Below are positions 10,571 to 20,000 of a stretch of 20,000 bases of DNA, in pieces. The notes under the pieces were generated by a model. The model saw only the letters and a program-made list of their open reading frames with translations, was not told where the DNA came from and searched no databases. The first letter of the stretch is position 1, and each line of letters starts with the position of its first letter. This stretch comes from Atractiella rhizophila (taxonomy: Eukaryota): contig MU271195.1 of NCBI GenBank assembly GCA_021432655.1, positions 170,385 to 190,384 on the forward strand, written 5' to 3'. A program made the translations under genes and the position numbers.

Positions 10571-11647
10571 GTTCGTATTAGGAGAGATAGAAAGCGAAGA
10601 ATGATGTGGTTGGATCAAGAACAGTATGTCAAGGACCTTCTGGAACGCCAACAGATGGATGACTGCAACCCTGTCCTCACTCCTCTCAACATTGGACACG
10701 GTCTCAGCAAGCAGGACTGCCCTCAGAAAAAGGAAGAACAAGAAGAAATGCGCACAATCCCTTACAGCAACGTTGTTGGCTCCATGATGTACTTGGCCAT
10801 CTCCACTCGTCTGGATATTGCTCACGCAGTCTCTGTCCTTGGAAAGTACCTCTCTAATCCTGGAAAGAAGCACTGGGAAGCGGCCAAGCATCTTCTATGG
10901 TACCTCAAAGGCACTCAGAACTTAGGAATTGAGTATTCTGCAACTGGTTTTGACCTCAAGCAACCTTTTCACACTTTCTGCGATGCAGATTTTGCTGGGT
11001 GCAAGGATACTGGACGTTCTACGGGAGGCTATCTCCTCAAGATAGGCAATGGAGTGGTCAGTTGGAGCAGCAAACTACAATCCCTCGTTGCCCTTTCCAC
11101 AACTGAAGCAGAATATGTCTCAGGAGTCTCAGCTGGCCAAGAAGTCGTCTGGCTAAGGAATCTTTTAGAAGAAATTGGCTTCGCTCCTCAAGGTCCTACT
11201 CCCCTCTTCACAGACAGTAGCAGCGCTCTCCAGGTATCCAAGAACCCTGAGCACCATGGTCGAATGAAACACCTGGACCTTTGCTTTTATTGGCTCAGAG
11301 ATGTTGTTGAGATGGGCAAGATCAGTCCAGTCTTCTGTCGGGGTGTCGATATGCCAGCAGACCTCCTCACCAAGACACTTCCAGTAGCTAGCGTGGATAA
11401 GTTTCGACTTATGATGGGTTTGCGCCCCTACCCAAGTGTATGAGGCAGTTATGGGGCGCAATAAAAAAATCCTTTCCCCCTCTGTGGAGTTATAAGACGC
11501 CGCTTTTAGCGGTACGAAGACTTTTCATCTTCTTTTCATGCAAAACTAATATGCTTTCTGCTTTATATCGAGTATACATTGTATGAATTTGGTGGGAGAT
11601 TCTCTGGATGTGGTGGGAGCGTCAAGAGACAGCTGCCCAGGTGGTAG

Positions 11648-11782
11648 TGTTAGTTGTAGTGTGTTGTTTTGGTCATCTGCCTCTTATGACTCATATGAGT
11701 CATCACTATGTAGTTTAGTTTTGCCTAGGGGTGTTGGTGCTCATTATTGACCACCAACTACTCCTAGCCTTAGATCCTTACA
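11648..11782 (+). repeat. 3' LTR of element 1 (family C, about 135 bp, form lacking the intron-like segment)
   Basis: TGTTAG...CCTTACA, preceded by PPT-like AGGTGGTAG (AGGTGGGAG in element 3). Homologs at 14496-14642 and 15987-16126. The left boundary is inferred from the PPT; no 5' LTR is available to confirm it. Confidence 0.8.
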
Positions 11783-11950
11783 CATTTTGGCTATGCAAAG
11801 ACAGTGGCTTTGGTTTCTCAGTCATTACTGGAAGAACCTTACAAAAGATGTCAGAAGATATGTTGACTCCTGTCCGAGCTGCCAGAGAAATAAAGCTGTA
11901 AATCAGAACCCATTGGAGCTTTCAGACCCTCATGTATACCACCATCAAGA
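11783..11950 (+). pseudogene. Ty3/gypsy integrase zinc-binding domain fragment
   Basis: HFGYAKTVALVSQ, then a frameshift, then YWKNLTKDVRRYVDSCPSCQRNK. This is the typical gypsy integrase zinc-binding motif. Confidence 0.8.
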
Positions 11951-12117
11951 TGTTGGATTAGGTGTTATATTTCATGGTGTTATGTTTGTGTGGTCAGCCA
12001 CCTCTGTTTTGTTTGCTTCACTTCGGAGTTTTAGCCCCCTAGGGGGCAGTTTAGGCGGTCATCATTTTTGACCACCAATCTCTGTCCCCTAGCTCCATCC
12101 AGCATCAGATTCTCTCA

Positions 12118-12127
12118 TGGTAGCGAG
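12118..12127 (+). promoter_or_regulatory. Primer binding site, probably for initiator tRNA-Met
   Basis: TGGTAGCGAG directly follows the LTR's terminal CA. TGGTAGCG matches the Ty1-type tRNAi-Met PBS. Confidence 0.8.
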
Positions 12128-12304
12128 AGAGGTGGCTAGTGATTGACAGATCAGTTTTGCCACCCACTTGGTTGAAAATTTTGATCACTCAGCCATCCGT
12201 TGTCCAATCGGTTTGAAACGTTGGGATCATAAACGAGACCCCCTTACGCCTATATCCACCCATTTCTACGAAGATCGGACGATCCAAACTCGAATTTTAT
12301 CACC

Positions 12305-13297
12305 ATGGCCGAAGAAAGTAAAATTTTGATTACCCCCCTTGGAGAGAAGAACTATGGCACCTGGTGCATTGATATGCAGGAGGAATTGATGCGAAAGGGG
12401 TTATGGGAGATAGTCTCTGGAGTGGAGACAAAACCAGAAGATTTGAAGGAACAAAAACAGTGGCAAAAGGACAGCTCCAAAGCGGCTGGGATCCTGTTCC
12501 TTAGCCTAGAAGCGACCCAGAAAGCCCATGTGGTCTCTGTCCTTCAAGATCCAGTCAAGATCTGGTCTACCCTTCAAGAAATCCACCAACAGAAGCGCTC
12601 CTCAACTCGTTTCACTGCCCTCAACACCCTCCTTGCCATCCAGAAGAAGGAAAACGAATCTCTCATCACCCTGTGTGCCAGAAGCGACCAGCTGCTTCTA
12701 GACTTCACCAACACGCTTTCCAAAGACTATTCCCTTGATGATTTGAAGGAAGATCTCCAATCCTTCGCTCTCATTCGCTCCTTAGGCCCAGAATACACTA
12801 GTTTTGTCCAGAACTTAACCCTGATGACATCCACCGACCTCCAATCGATCAAACAAGCATTCTACTCGATCCAAGCCACCAAGAACTCGGAGGAAGCCAT
12901 CTCCAACACTCAAATGGCAAATCAGGAGATCCAAGCCACCAAGAACTCGGAGGAAGCCATCTCCAACACTCAAATGGCAAATCAGGCATCCAGCAGCAAC
13001 AGAGGACGAGGAGGATGGCATCCCAGAGGTGGCAGAGGTGGTGGAAGAGGAGGAACTCGAGATTTTTCGCAATCTGTGTGCAACTACTGCCACAGAAAAG
13101 GCCACTTCATCTCCCACTGCCCAGAAACTGCTTCTGGACGCAATAGGATCGAGTTGGAGAAGTACAGATCGAAGTATGGCAAGCTGGAAGTGGTGAAGGA
13201 AGCCAAAGTCGAAGGGGGAAAGCCAGAATTCGCTGGAGAGACAAGTTATGCAGCGGTAGATGATACCATTAGTCGCCAGAAAGCTGGGACTGACTAG
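12305..13297 (+). CDS. Copia Gag (330 aa) with CCHC zinc knuckle; ends at a TAG just before the protease motif
   Basis: N-terminus LGEKNYGTW...LMRKGLWEIVSG, an RGG-rich tract, and CNYCHRKGHFISHC. Confidence 0.88.
   Translation: MAEESKILITPLGEKNYGTWCIDMQEELMRKGLWEIVSGVETKPEDLKEQKQWQKDSSKAAGILFLSLEATQKAHVVSVLQDPVKIWSTLQEIHQQKRSSTRFTALNTLLAIQKKENESLITLCARSDQLLLDFTNTLSKDYSLDDLKEDLQSFALIRSLGPEYTSFVQNLTLMTSTDLQSIKQAFYSIQATKNSEEAISNTQMANQEIQATKNSEEAISNTQMANQASSSNRGRGGWHPRGGRGGGRGGTRDFSQSVCNYCHRKGHFISHCPETASGRNRIELEKYRSKYGKLEVVKEAKVEGGKPEFAGETSYAAVDDTISRQKAGTD
12868..12986 (+). repeat. Perfect in-frame 60-bp tandem duplication in gag
   Basis: IQATKNSEEAISNTQMANQ occurs twice, identical at the DNA level. 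Confidence 0.95.
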
Positions 13298-14495
13298 ATT
13301 ATTGATACAGGAGCAACTTCATCAATGACTCCACATTCCCACTTCTTCAAATCCTATCAAAAACACGTTGTACCCATCAGAGTTGCAAATGGAGAAGTGA
13401 TCTGGTCTACTGGGATAGGAGAAGTGGTGATTGAGGCGAAATTGGAGGATAAAAAGTCGAAGAAGGTCACCATTCACAATGTCCTACACGTCCCCAAATT
13501 GTGCAGCAATCTCCTATCTGTTTTCAAGCTCACAATCTTCGAAGGTGTAACTGTGACCATCATTGGGAGCAGAGTACGCTTCCTCAAGGCTGGAAATCCC
13601 TGTTTCACAGCGACAGTTGATCACAGGAGAGGAAGCATGAATGCCATCATTGATGGAAGAACACTCATGGCCTCAGAATTCGTTGCACACGCCTCCTCTC
13701 CCCTCTAAACGCTTCCCTGTGGCACAGGAGACTTGCCCACTTAAATCATGAAGATGTAAAGCGAATGCTGAAGAAAGGACTCGTGAAAGGAATGATTCTG
13801 GACTCAGAGGACCCTCCTGACCCCATCTGTGAGCCCTGCATCGCTGGGAAGCAGCATAGGATCTACAACAAGGCTGCAGAGAATAGGGAGACGGAAATTT
13901 TAGGGAGGATCAGCTCAGATCTTCATGGACCGCTCCCAGTTGCCTCAAGAGAAGGATTTCGCTATTGGGTGACGTTTATAGACGAGGCAACAAGTCACTG
14001 GACGATTGCTTTTCTCAGGAAGAAGTCAGAAGCACCTCAACGCTTTAAGGAGTACAAAGCTGTGATGGAGACCTTGACTGGAAGGAAAATCAAGAGATTC
14101 AGGGAGGACAAAGAAGGCGCCTACTCCTCAACAGATTCGAAATTGTGGCATCCAGCATGAGCAAACGATTAGAAACTCTCCTCATCAAAATGGGAAAGCA
14201 GAGAGAGCAAATAGGACGATTCAGGAGGGTATGGTGGCGATACTGGAGGAATCTGGTTTGCCACTATTCCTCTGGCCTCACCTTGCTTCGGCTGTTGTTC
14301 ACATCAGGAACAGATCCCCCTCTTCCTCCATCCATCACTCCATTCCCTACACAAAATTAACAGGACAATTGGTCGATATTTCACATTTCAGAGCTCCACT
14401 GCCTATGTCCAAGTTCAGAAGGAAGAAAGACAGCACAGTCTGGCATCCCATACACGCAGATGTGCCTTTATAGGTTACTCTACCAACGCTAAAGG

Positions 14496-14642
14496 TGTAA
14501 GGATCTAAGGCTAGGAGTGTTTGGTGGTCAATAATAAGCACATTGGAGAAGTATAGAGAGACATACCTAGGAGTGGTTGGTGGTCAATAATGAGCACCAA
14601 CACTCCTAGGCAGAACTAAACTACATAGTGATGACTCATACG
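14496..14642 (-). repeat. Partial family C LTR (form carrying the intron-like segment), truncated on the U3 side
   Basis: Reverse complement of about 11694-11782 plus an extra 56 nt (14511-14566). No second TSD is visible. Confidence 0.88.
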
Positions 14643-15695
14643 AAATTGATCAACATCTGGTACTTTCCCATCCTTGATATCTGTGAAAAACTTCTTTACC
14701 ACATTCTCATCTATGCTTCACTTCCCCAACATATTCTTGCGAAGTGGGACATTGTTTAAGTTGGTCTTTGGCAGTGGGTACGGGACCTTGGACCAATACA
14801 GAAAGTTGTTGTCACATATGTTGCGCTTGTGATTGTTTGTATTCTTCTCACCATACCCATCCTTTTGCTTCTTGCATTGACCACAAGTCTTTTCAGCTCC
14901 AAGGTTGCCCTTCTTTGTTGGCTTTGTGTGCGTCACTTTCACTGGTGGAAGAAGTGTCATTTAGAGTGTCCAGAATACTTTGATTGCTGCTCAACACATT
15001 GTTAGTAAATTCCTTTTCTTTTTAATAAAATTGTTCAAACTCACAGTCTCCTCTGGCTACTCTCTGAATATGACGAGCAATCTCCTTCTCAATTGCAAAT
15101 AAACTATTTTTGTGTATCAAAGATTTGGGGGCTCTGAAAGGGCTAGATTATCGTGAGGCGATATCAGTGAACCTAGGCGTAAACAACCTCAACCTTCTAC
15201 AGTGTTGAGGTTGAGATGACGATTCCAGAGTTGAGAAGGATGGGATGGTTTTGGTGAATCCCAGGATGGAGTAGATAGTTGAGAGGTTGGAGTACGCGAT
15301 GAGATGTTGCTTGAATGAGTGAGAAAGTCGAAGTTTGATGACGGTACACCTAAATCAATGCCTTTAATACCCATTCCACAGTGAAACAAGAACAAGAAAG
15401 AACGGACCGGCTGCAAAATCAAGACTACTTTTGCGCTTACTGAAAGAAGCTTCTATCCCCTTGCTATTTCCAAGTGCAAAATCCAGATCCTTCTGTGAAT
15501 GCTCGCTTTCCTGATCATCTGATGAATAATCTCCAGAAACCATTACACCTTCAGTTTGAAAAAGAGAAATGTGATGTTTAAAGAGGTTATTGTTTATGTA
15601 GAATATACTTAACTGAGAAGTTAGTTGGACGTATTTGGTTATATTGTCGGTAACAGCTCAGAAACAGAGATAGAGGATTATTATGATGGAGAGTA

Positions 15696-15773
15696 TGTTG
15701 AACTTAGGTACAAAGGGTTAATCTGCACTGTTGGTAAATGACAAGTCATTTTAGCCCAGTGGTTAATCCAACA
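15696..15773. mobile_element. 78-bp solo LTR-like insertion (family E), TSD GAGTA
   Basis: TGTTG...CAACA flanked by GAGTA at 15691-15695 and 15774-15778. Inverted homolog of 7814-7892 (shared TGCAGATTAACCCTTT and CTAAAATGAC). Confidence 0.88.
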
Positions 15774-15986
15774 GAGTAGACCAATGCGCCCTTCTAAGAA
15801 CTATTGATGGTGTACTTGTAATAGATGCAGGAAGGATTCCCACAGTGGGAAATGGGTGCATCGTCATATGTTTCGAAAACATCAGGTCAATCAGCAAGAT
15901 AAAGGGCCTACGACGGAGACTTCAGTCAGGATGATACAGCAGATTAATGGAGAAAGTCATATCAGCATTATTTCTATATTCGGGCC

Positions 15987-18900
15987 TTTAAGGATCTAAG
16001 GTTGGTGGTCGTAATAATGAGGCATTGATGACTTCTAGAGGCAGAACTAAACTACATAGTGATGACTCATACGCGTCATAAGAGTCATAAGAGGCAGATG
16101 ACCAAAACAACACGCTACAACTAACACTCCCACCTGGGCAGCTGTCTCTTGATGCTCCCACCAAATCCAGAGAATCTCCCACCGAATTCACACAATGTAT
16201 ACTCAATATAAAGCAGAAAGCATATTAGTTTTGCAATGAAAAGAAGAGGAAAAGTCCTCGTACCGCTTAAAGCGACGTCTTATAACCCCACAGAGGAGGA
16301 AAGGGATTTTATTGCGCCACATAACTGCCTCAGACACTTGGGTAGGGGCGCAAACCCATCATAACTCGAAACTTGTCCACGCTGGTGACTGGAAGTGCCT
16401 TGGTAAGGAGGTCTGCTGGCATATCGACACCCGGACAGAAGACTGGACTGATCTTGCCCATCTCAACAACATCCCTGAGCCAATAAAAGTGAAGGTCCAG
16501 GTGTTTCATTCGACCATGGTGCTCAGGGTTCTTGGATACCTGGAGAGCGCTGCTGCTGTCTGTGAAGAGGGGAGTAGGACCTTGAGGAGTGAAGCCAATC
16601 TCTTCTAAAAGATTCCTTAGCCAGACAACTTCTTGACCTGCTGAGACTCCTGAGACATATTCTGCTTCGGTAGTAGAAAGGGCAACGAGGGTTTGCAGTT
16701 TGCTGCTCCAACTGACTGCTCCGTTGCCTATCTTGAGGAGATAGCTGTAATACGAATAACATAAATGAGCTTCTTCGTACTTTATGAGTCATTTTCTTTT
16801 GTCGCAGTCTTGCTTCCGTGACCTCGTTTCTCTCCCTCACACACAACCACCATCTTCTCTGAGCTTGCCTGTATTGAGGTATAGCTAGTGCTGTGTGTGA
16901 GGTGAGTACTCGTTAATTTCTACCTTTATTGTGCTTTGCTCATCGGGCACTTGTTTAAGGGCACATTTCATCTCCCTTTCCGAGTTCGAGGTATTTTATT
17001 GTTCTAGAACACTCAAAGAGGGTGTGTTATTTCCTTTTCACCCTCTTCTCGCTTATTCATGTCCGTTCTCTTTCGTAGGGCTGTGCCAACAGCCTTGTCC
17101 GCTCTCTGTTAGCCCTCGCGGACTCTTTGGGTGTTTTAGGTACGCATACTTCATTGTTACTTATGCTTCTATGTTCCTTTTCTTATACTATGCAAACCAT
17201 GTTTTAGAACCCATTATTTCGAACTCACCGCCGCTAAACGAGTCTTGCCAGCTTTCACTTAGTCGCATTATAATAGCCTCCCGTAGAACGTGCAGTATCC
17301 TTGCACCCAGCAAAATCTGCATCGCAGAAGGCGTGAAAAGGTTGCATGAGGTCAAAACCAGCTGCACAATACTCGATTCCTAAGTTCTGAGTGCCTTTGA
17401 GGTATCGTAGAAGATGCTTGGCCGCTTCCCAGTGCTTCTTTCCTGGGTTAGAGAGGTACTTTCCGAGGACAGAGACTGCATGAGCGATATCTGGACGAGT
17501 GGAGATGGCCAAGTACATCGTGGAGCCAACAACGTTGCTGTGAGGGATTGTGCGCATTTCTTCTTGTTCTTCCTTTGTCTGAGGGCAGTCCTGCTTGCTG
17601 AGACCGTGTCCAACATTGAGAGGAGTGAGGACAGGGTTGCAGTCGTCCATCTGTTGGCGTTCTAGGAGGTCCTTAACATACTGTTCTTGATCCAACCACA
17701 TCATTCTTCGCTTTCTATCTCTCCTAATACGAACCCCAAGTAGGAATTCCGTTGGTCCAAGGTCTCTGAGTTTGAATCGCTTTCCTAACTCCCTCTTGAA
17801 GTCCTCTACAGCACCCTTTGATGTGCTAGCGATCGTAATATCATCCACAAAGACCGGGACAAGTACTTTGATGTCCCCCTTCGAGTAAATCCACAGACTA
17901 GAGTCGCTCTTGATCTTCTTAAATCCCATATCAACGAGTTCCTTATCGAGTTTCTTCTGCCATTGACGTCCTCCTTACCTTGTGCCATAGATGGCCTTGA
18001 TTACCTTGAGAACGTACTCTGGAGGACCCTGTGGATGACCTTCTGGTTGTTGTGCATAGACCTCTGCATCCATATCGCCGTTAATGCCGTAGAGATATCC
18101 ACTGACTCCAGCTCCATGTCCAAGACACAAGCGAGCGAAAGAATCGTCCTAAGTGTCGCCCATTTGACCGTTGATGCAAAAGTATCAAAGTAGTTGAATC
18201 CAGAGCGTTGAGAGAACCCCTTGATGACGAATCTGGCCTTGAAGCGCTCGATAGAACCATCCGACTTCTTCTTAACCGCAAATACCCATCGAGAACCAAC
18301 GATTTTTGCTCCTTTAGGCGGTTTGACCAGAATCCAACTCTTGTTGTCCAAGTGAGATTGAATCTCCTTCACTGTCGCTTCATGCCATTCCTTCACATTT
18401 GGGCTTGCCATCGCTCTTGAATATGACTGAGGGACCTCTACTCCTGTTGCTGCACTCATGGCATGTTCTGTGACAAGCATATAGCCATATTCCATCGCCT
18501 CTGGCTCAGTGAGGATGTCACATTCCTATACCAACATCCCAAGCTCGTCTGTTGACCCTTTGTCGTTGTTTTGAGGCGCTTCTAGGGTCCTAAATCTGTC
18601 GACAGGACGTCCTCTACTTGTAGAATAAATTCTTGAAGACCTGGTGACAGGGGGAGGTGTCGAAGCTGCTGGAGGAGGTCGATCTGGTGTTGTTGGGCAG
18701 ATCTGGAGTGGATCTGGAGACTCTGAGAATGTAGGCATGTGAACTCCTGTCCAGGGATCTCTCTGCATGGTGTACTGACAAGGTGGTGTCCTAGGGCGTT
18801 CAGGCAGAAGCTGTAGTGGGTCTGGAGACGGCTCTCTTTCTTCTTCTTCTTCTTCTTCAACCCGAAGGTGCTGAAACCGATTTGGAGAATGTATTCCAAG

Positions 18901-20000
18901 TGGTCTGGGTTGGTCCTGAGGTGTAGGTGGTGCTCCTGGCTGTCGAATCCATCCTTCTTCTTCTTCTTCATCGTCGTCTAGCGAAATGCTGGCTGGAGGA
19001 GCGGCTGGAGCATTATTCTGTCCATTTCCCACCTGATCCTGACGCTCTTTCCATTCATCAAGTGGTCCCTGTGGCTCTTCCAACGCGTTCTCCTTCCTCC
19101 TGACTTTGCAAAGCATCTCCCTCTCATCAAATCTGGCAATATCTCGAGTGTAGACCTTCTTAGACACTGGATCCCAGAAATCCCAGCCTTTCGCTGCAAG
19201 GGAATAGCCTATAAATGCGCATTTTCGACTGTGAGATTGTAAGCTGTGTGGCCTTTCATCCTTCTGAACTTGAACGTAGGCAGTGCATCCAATGATTCTG
19301 AATCTTGAGATAGTTGGAGTAAGTCCAGTGAGTTTTGTGTGGGGAATAGCATGGTTGATCGAAGCTGAGGGAGATCTGTTGCGAATGTGGACAACTGCTG
19401 AAGCGATAGATGGCCAGAGAAAGAGAGGAAGTCCAGATTCTTCAAACATGGCGACCATAGTCTCCTGAATCGTCCTATTGGCTTGTTCTGCCCTGCCATT
19501 CTGGTGAGGAGAGTTCCTGATCGTCTGTTCGCGCTGAATACCACAGGCCTTGAGGTATTGATCGAATTCCTTAGAGGAATAAGCGCCTTCCTTGTCCTCT
19601 CTAAACTTCTTGATCTTCTTCCCAGTAACATTCTCTACCCAATTCTTGAAGGTCTTGAAGAGTTCTGGGGCCTCTGATTTCTTCTTGAGGAAAGCAATTG
19701 TACAATGATTTGTTGCTTCGTCGATGAAGGTGACCCAATATCGATATCCTTCTCTGGAAGTGACTGGAAGAGGTCCATGCAGGTCTGAGCTGATCCTACC
19801 CAGTACTTCCTTCTCTCTGGTCTCTGCTGACTTGTTGAAGACCCTATGCTGCTTCCCAGCTAGGCATGGCTCACAAATAGGGTCTGGATCATCCTCCAGG
19901 TCCAAAATCATCCCATTCACAAGTTCCTTCCTCTTCAGACGCTTGATGTCCTCATAATTCAGGTGTCCAAGTCTCCTATGCCATAGAGAAGCATCCATGG
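15987..20000 (-). mobile_element. Ty1/copia element 3 (family C), inverted relative to element 1; continues beyond the window
   Basis: Open integrase ORF 18526-19998 and RT pieces 18001-18495 and about 17273-17929. RNase H runs to the stop at 16330-16332. PPT at 16127-16135 and 3' LTR at 15987-16126. Confidence 0.95.
16746..17272 (+). mobile_element. 527-bp solo LTR (family D, possibly gypsy type), TSD ATAGC, in the RNase H of element 3
   Basis: TGTAAT...ATTATA (probably a mutated ATTACA). ATAGC at 16741-16745 and 17273-17277. Removing it restores STGGYLLKIG. Orientation is inferred from the splice-like motifs. Confidence 0.85.

Larger units (their letters stand above)
6950..11782 (+). mobile_element. 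Ty1/copia element 1 (LTR family C): 5'-truncated, decayed, with four nested solo LTRs
   Basis: Domain order PR-IN-RT-RH. PR: WMADTGATSYMS (about 7030). IN: LWHRRLGHLN, CEPCLAGK, FIDEA. RT: GSRWVF..K...RFKARFVIKG, VPVFVDDI. RNase H: FCDADFAG, ALSTTEAEY, MPADLLTK, stop 11443. Followed by a PPT-like tract and the 3' LTR. Several stops and frameshifts. Confidence 0.95.
11951..14495 (+). mobile_element. Ty1/copia element 2 (LTR family A): 5' LTR, PBS, gag, PR, IN; 3'-truncated
   Basis: LTR 11951-12117 (TGTTGG...CTCTCA) followed by a PBS and the gag ORF. PR: IIDTGATSSMT. IN: LWHRRLAHLN, CEPCIAGK, SDLHGP, FIDEA. Frameshifts near 13705 and 14140. Cut off by a family C LTR at 14496. Confidence 0.93.

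Noticed and set aside
11512..11572. Intron in the copia 3' UTR (GTACGA donor, ACTAAT branch)
   Set aside because: No YAG acceptor at a suitable distance in either element 1 or element 3.
13295..13297. Programmed gag-pol readthrough at TAG
   Set aside because: The TAG occupies the conserved Trp of the W-x-x-DTGA protease motif (TGG in element 1), so it is best read as a TGG>TAG mutation.
16931..17383. 150-aa hydrophobic ORF as an env-like or cargo gene
   Set aside because: It spans the T-rich solo LTR D and antisense RT/RNase H sequence across the insertion junction, so it is a chance ORF.

Overview
Eukaryotic, intron-rich fungal DNA. Short 43-60 nt introns suggest a basidiomycete (inference). 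The window has two halves. (1) 1-6044 is a compact housekeeping block: the 3' end of a Sec7/BIG ARF-GEF (+), proteasome alpha-2 PRE8 (-, about 11 exons) and the XPF/RAD1 nuclease (+). PRE8 and RAD1 are divergent, with only 161 bp between their ATGs. (2) About 6050-20000 is a nested retrotransposon graveyard. It holds three decayed Ty1/copia elements (about 6950-11782 +, 11951-14495 +, 15987->20000 -), a Ty3/gypsy integrase scrap, and six solo-LTR insertions with 5-bp TSDs from four families. The most striking signal is that three different LTR families share one module: [inverted arm]-loop-[repeat R1]-GT...[repeat R2]AG. This is a host-sized, intron-like segment whose 3' end duplicates the sequence just before its donor. 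Some copies lack exactly this segment. I propose (inference) that this lets an LTR retrotransposon splice an LTR intron yet rebuild it during minus-strand transfer.
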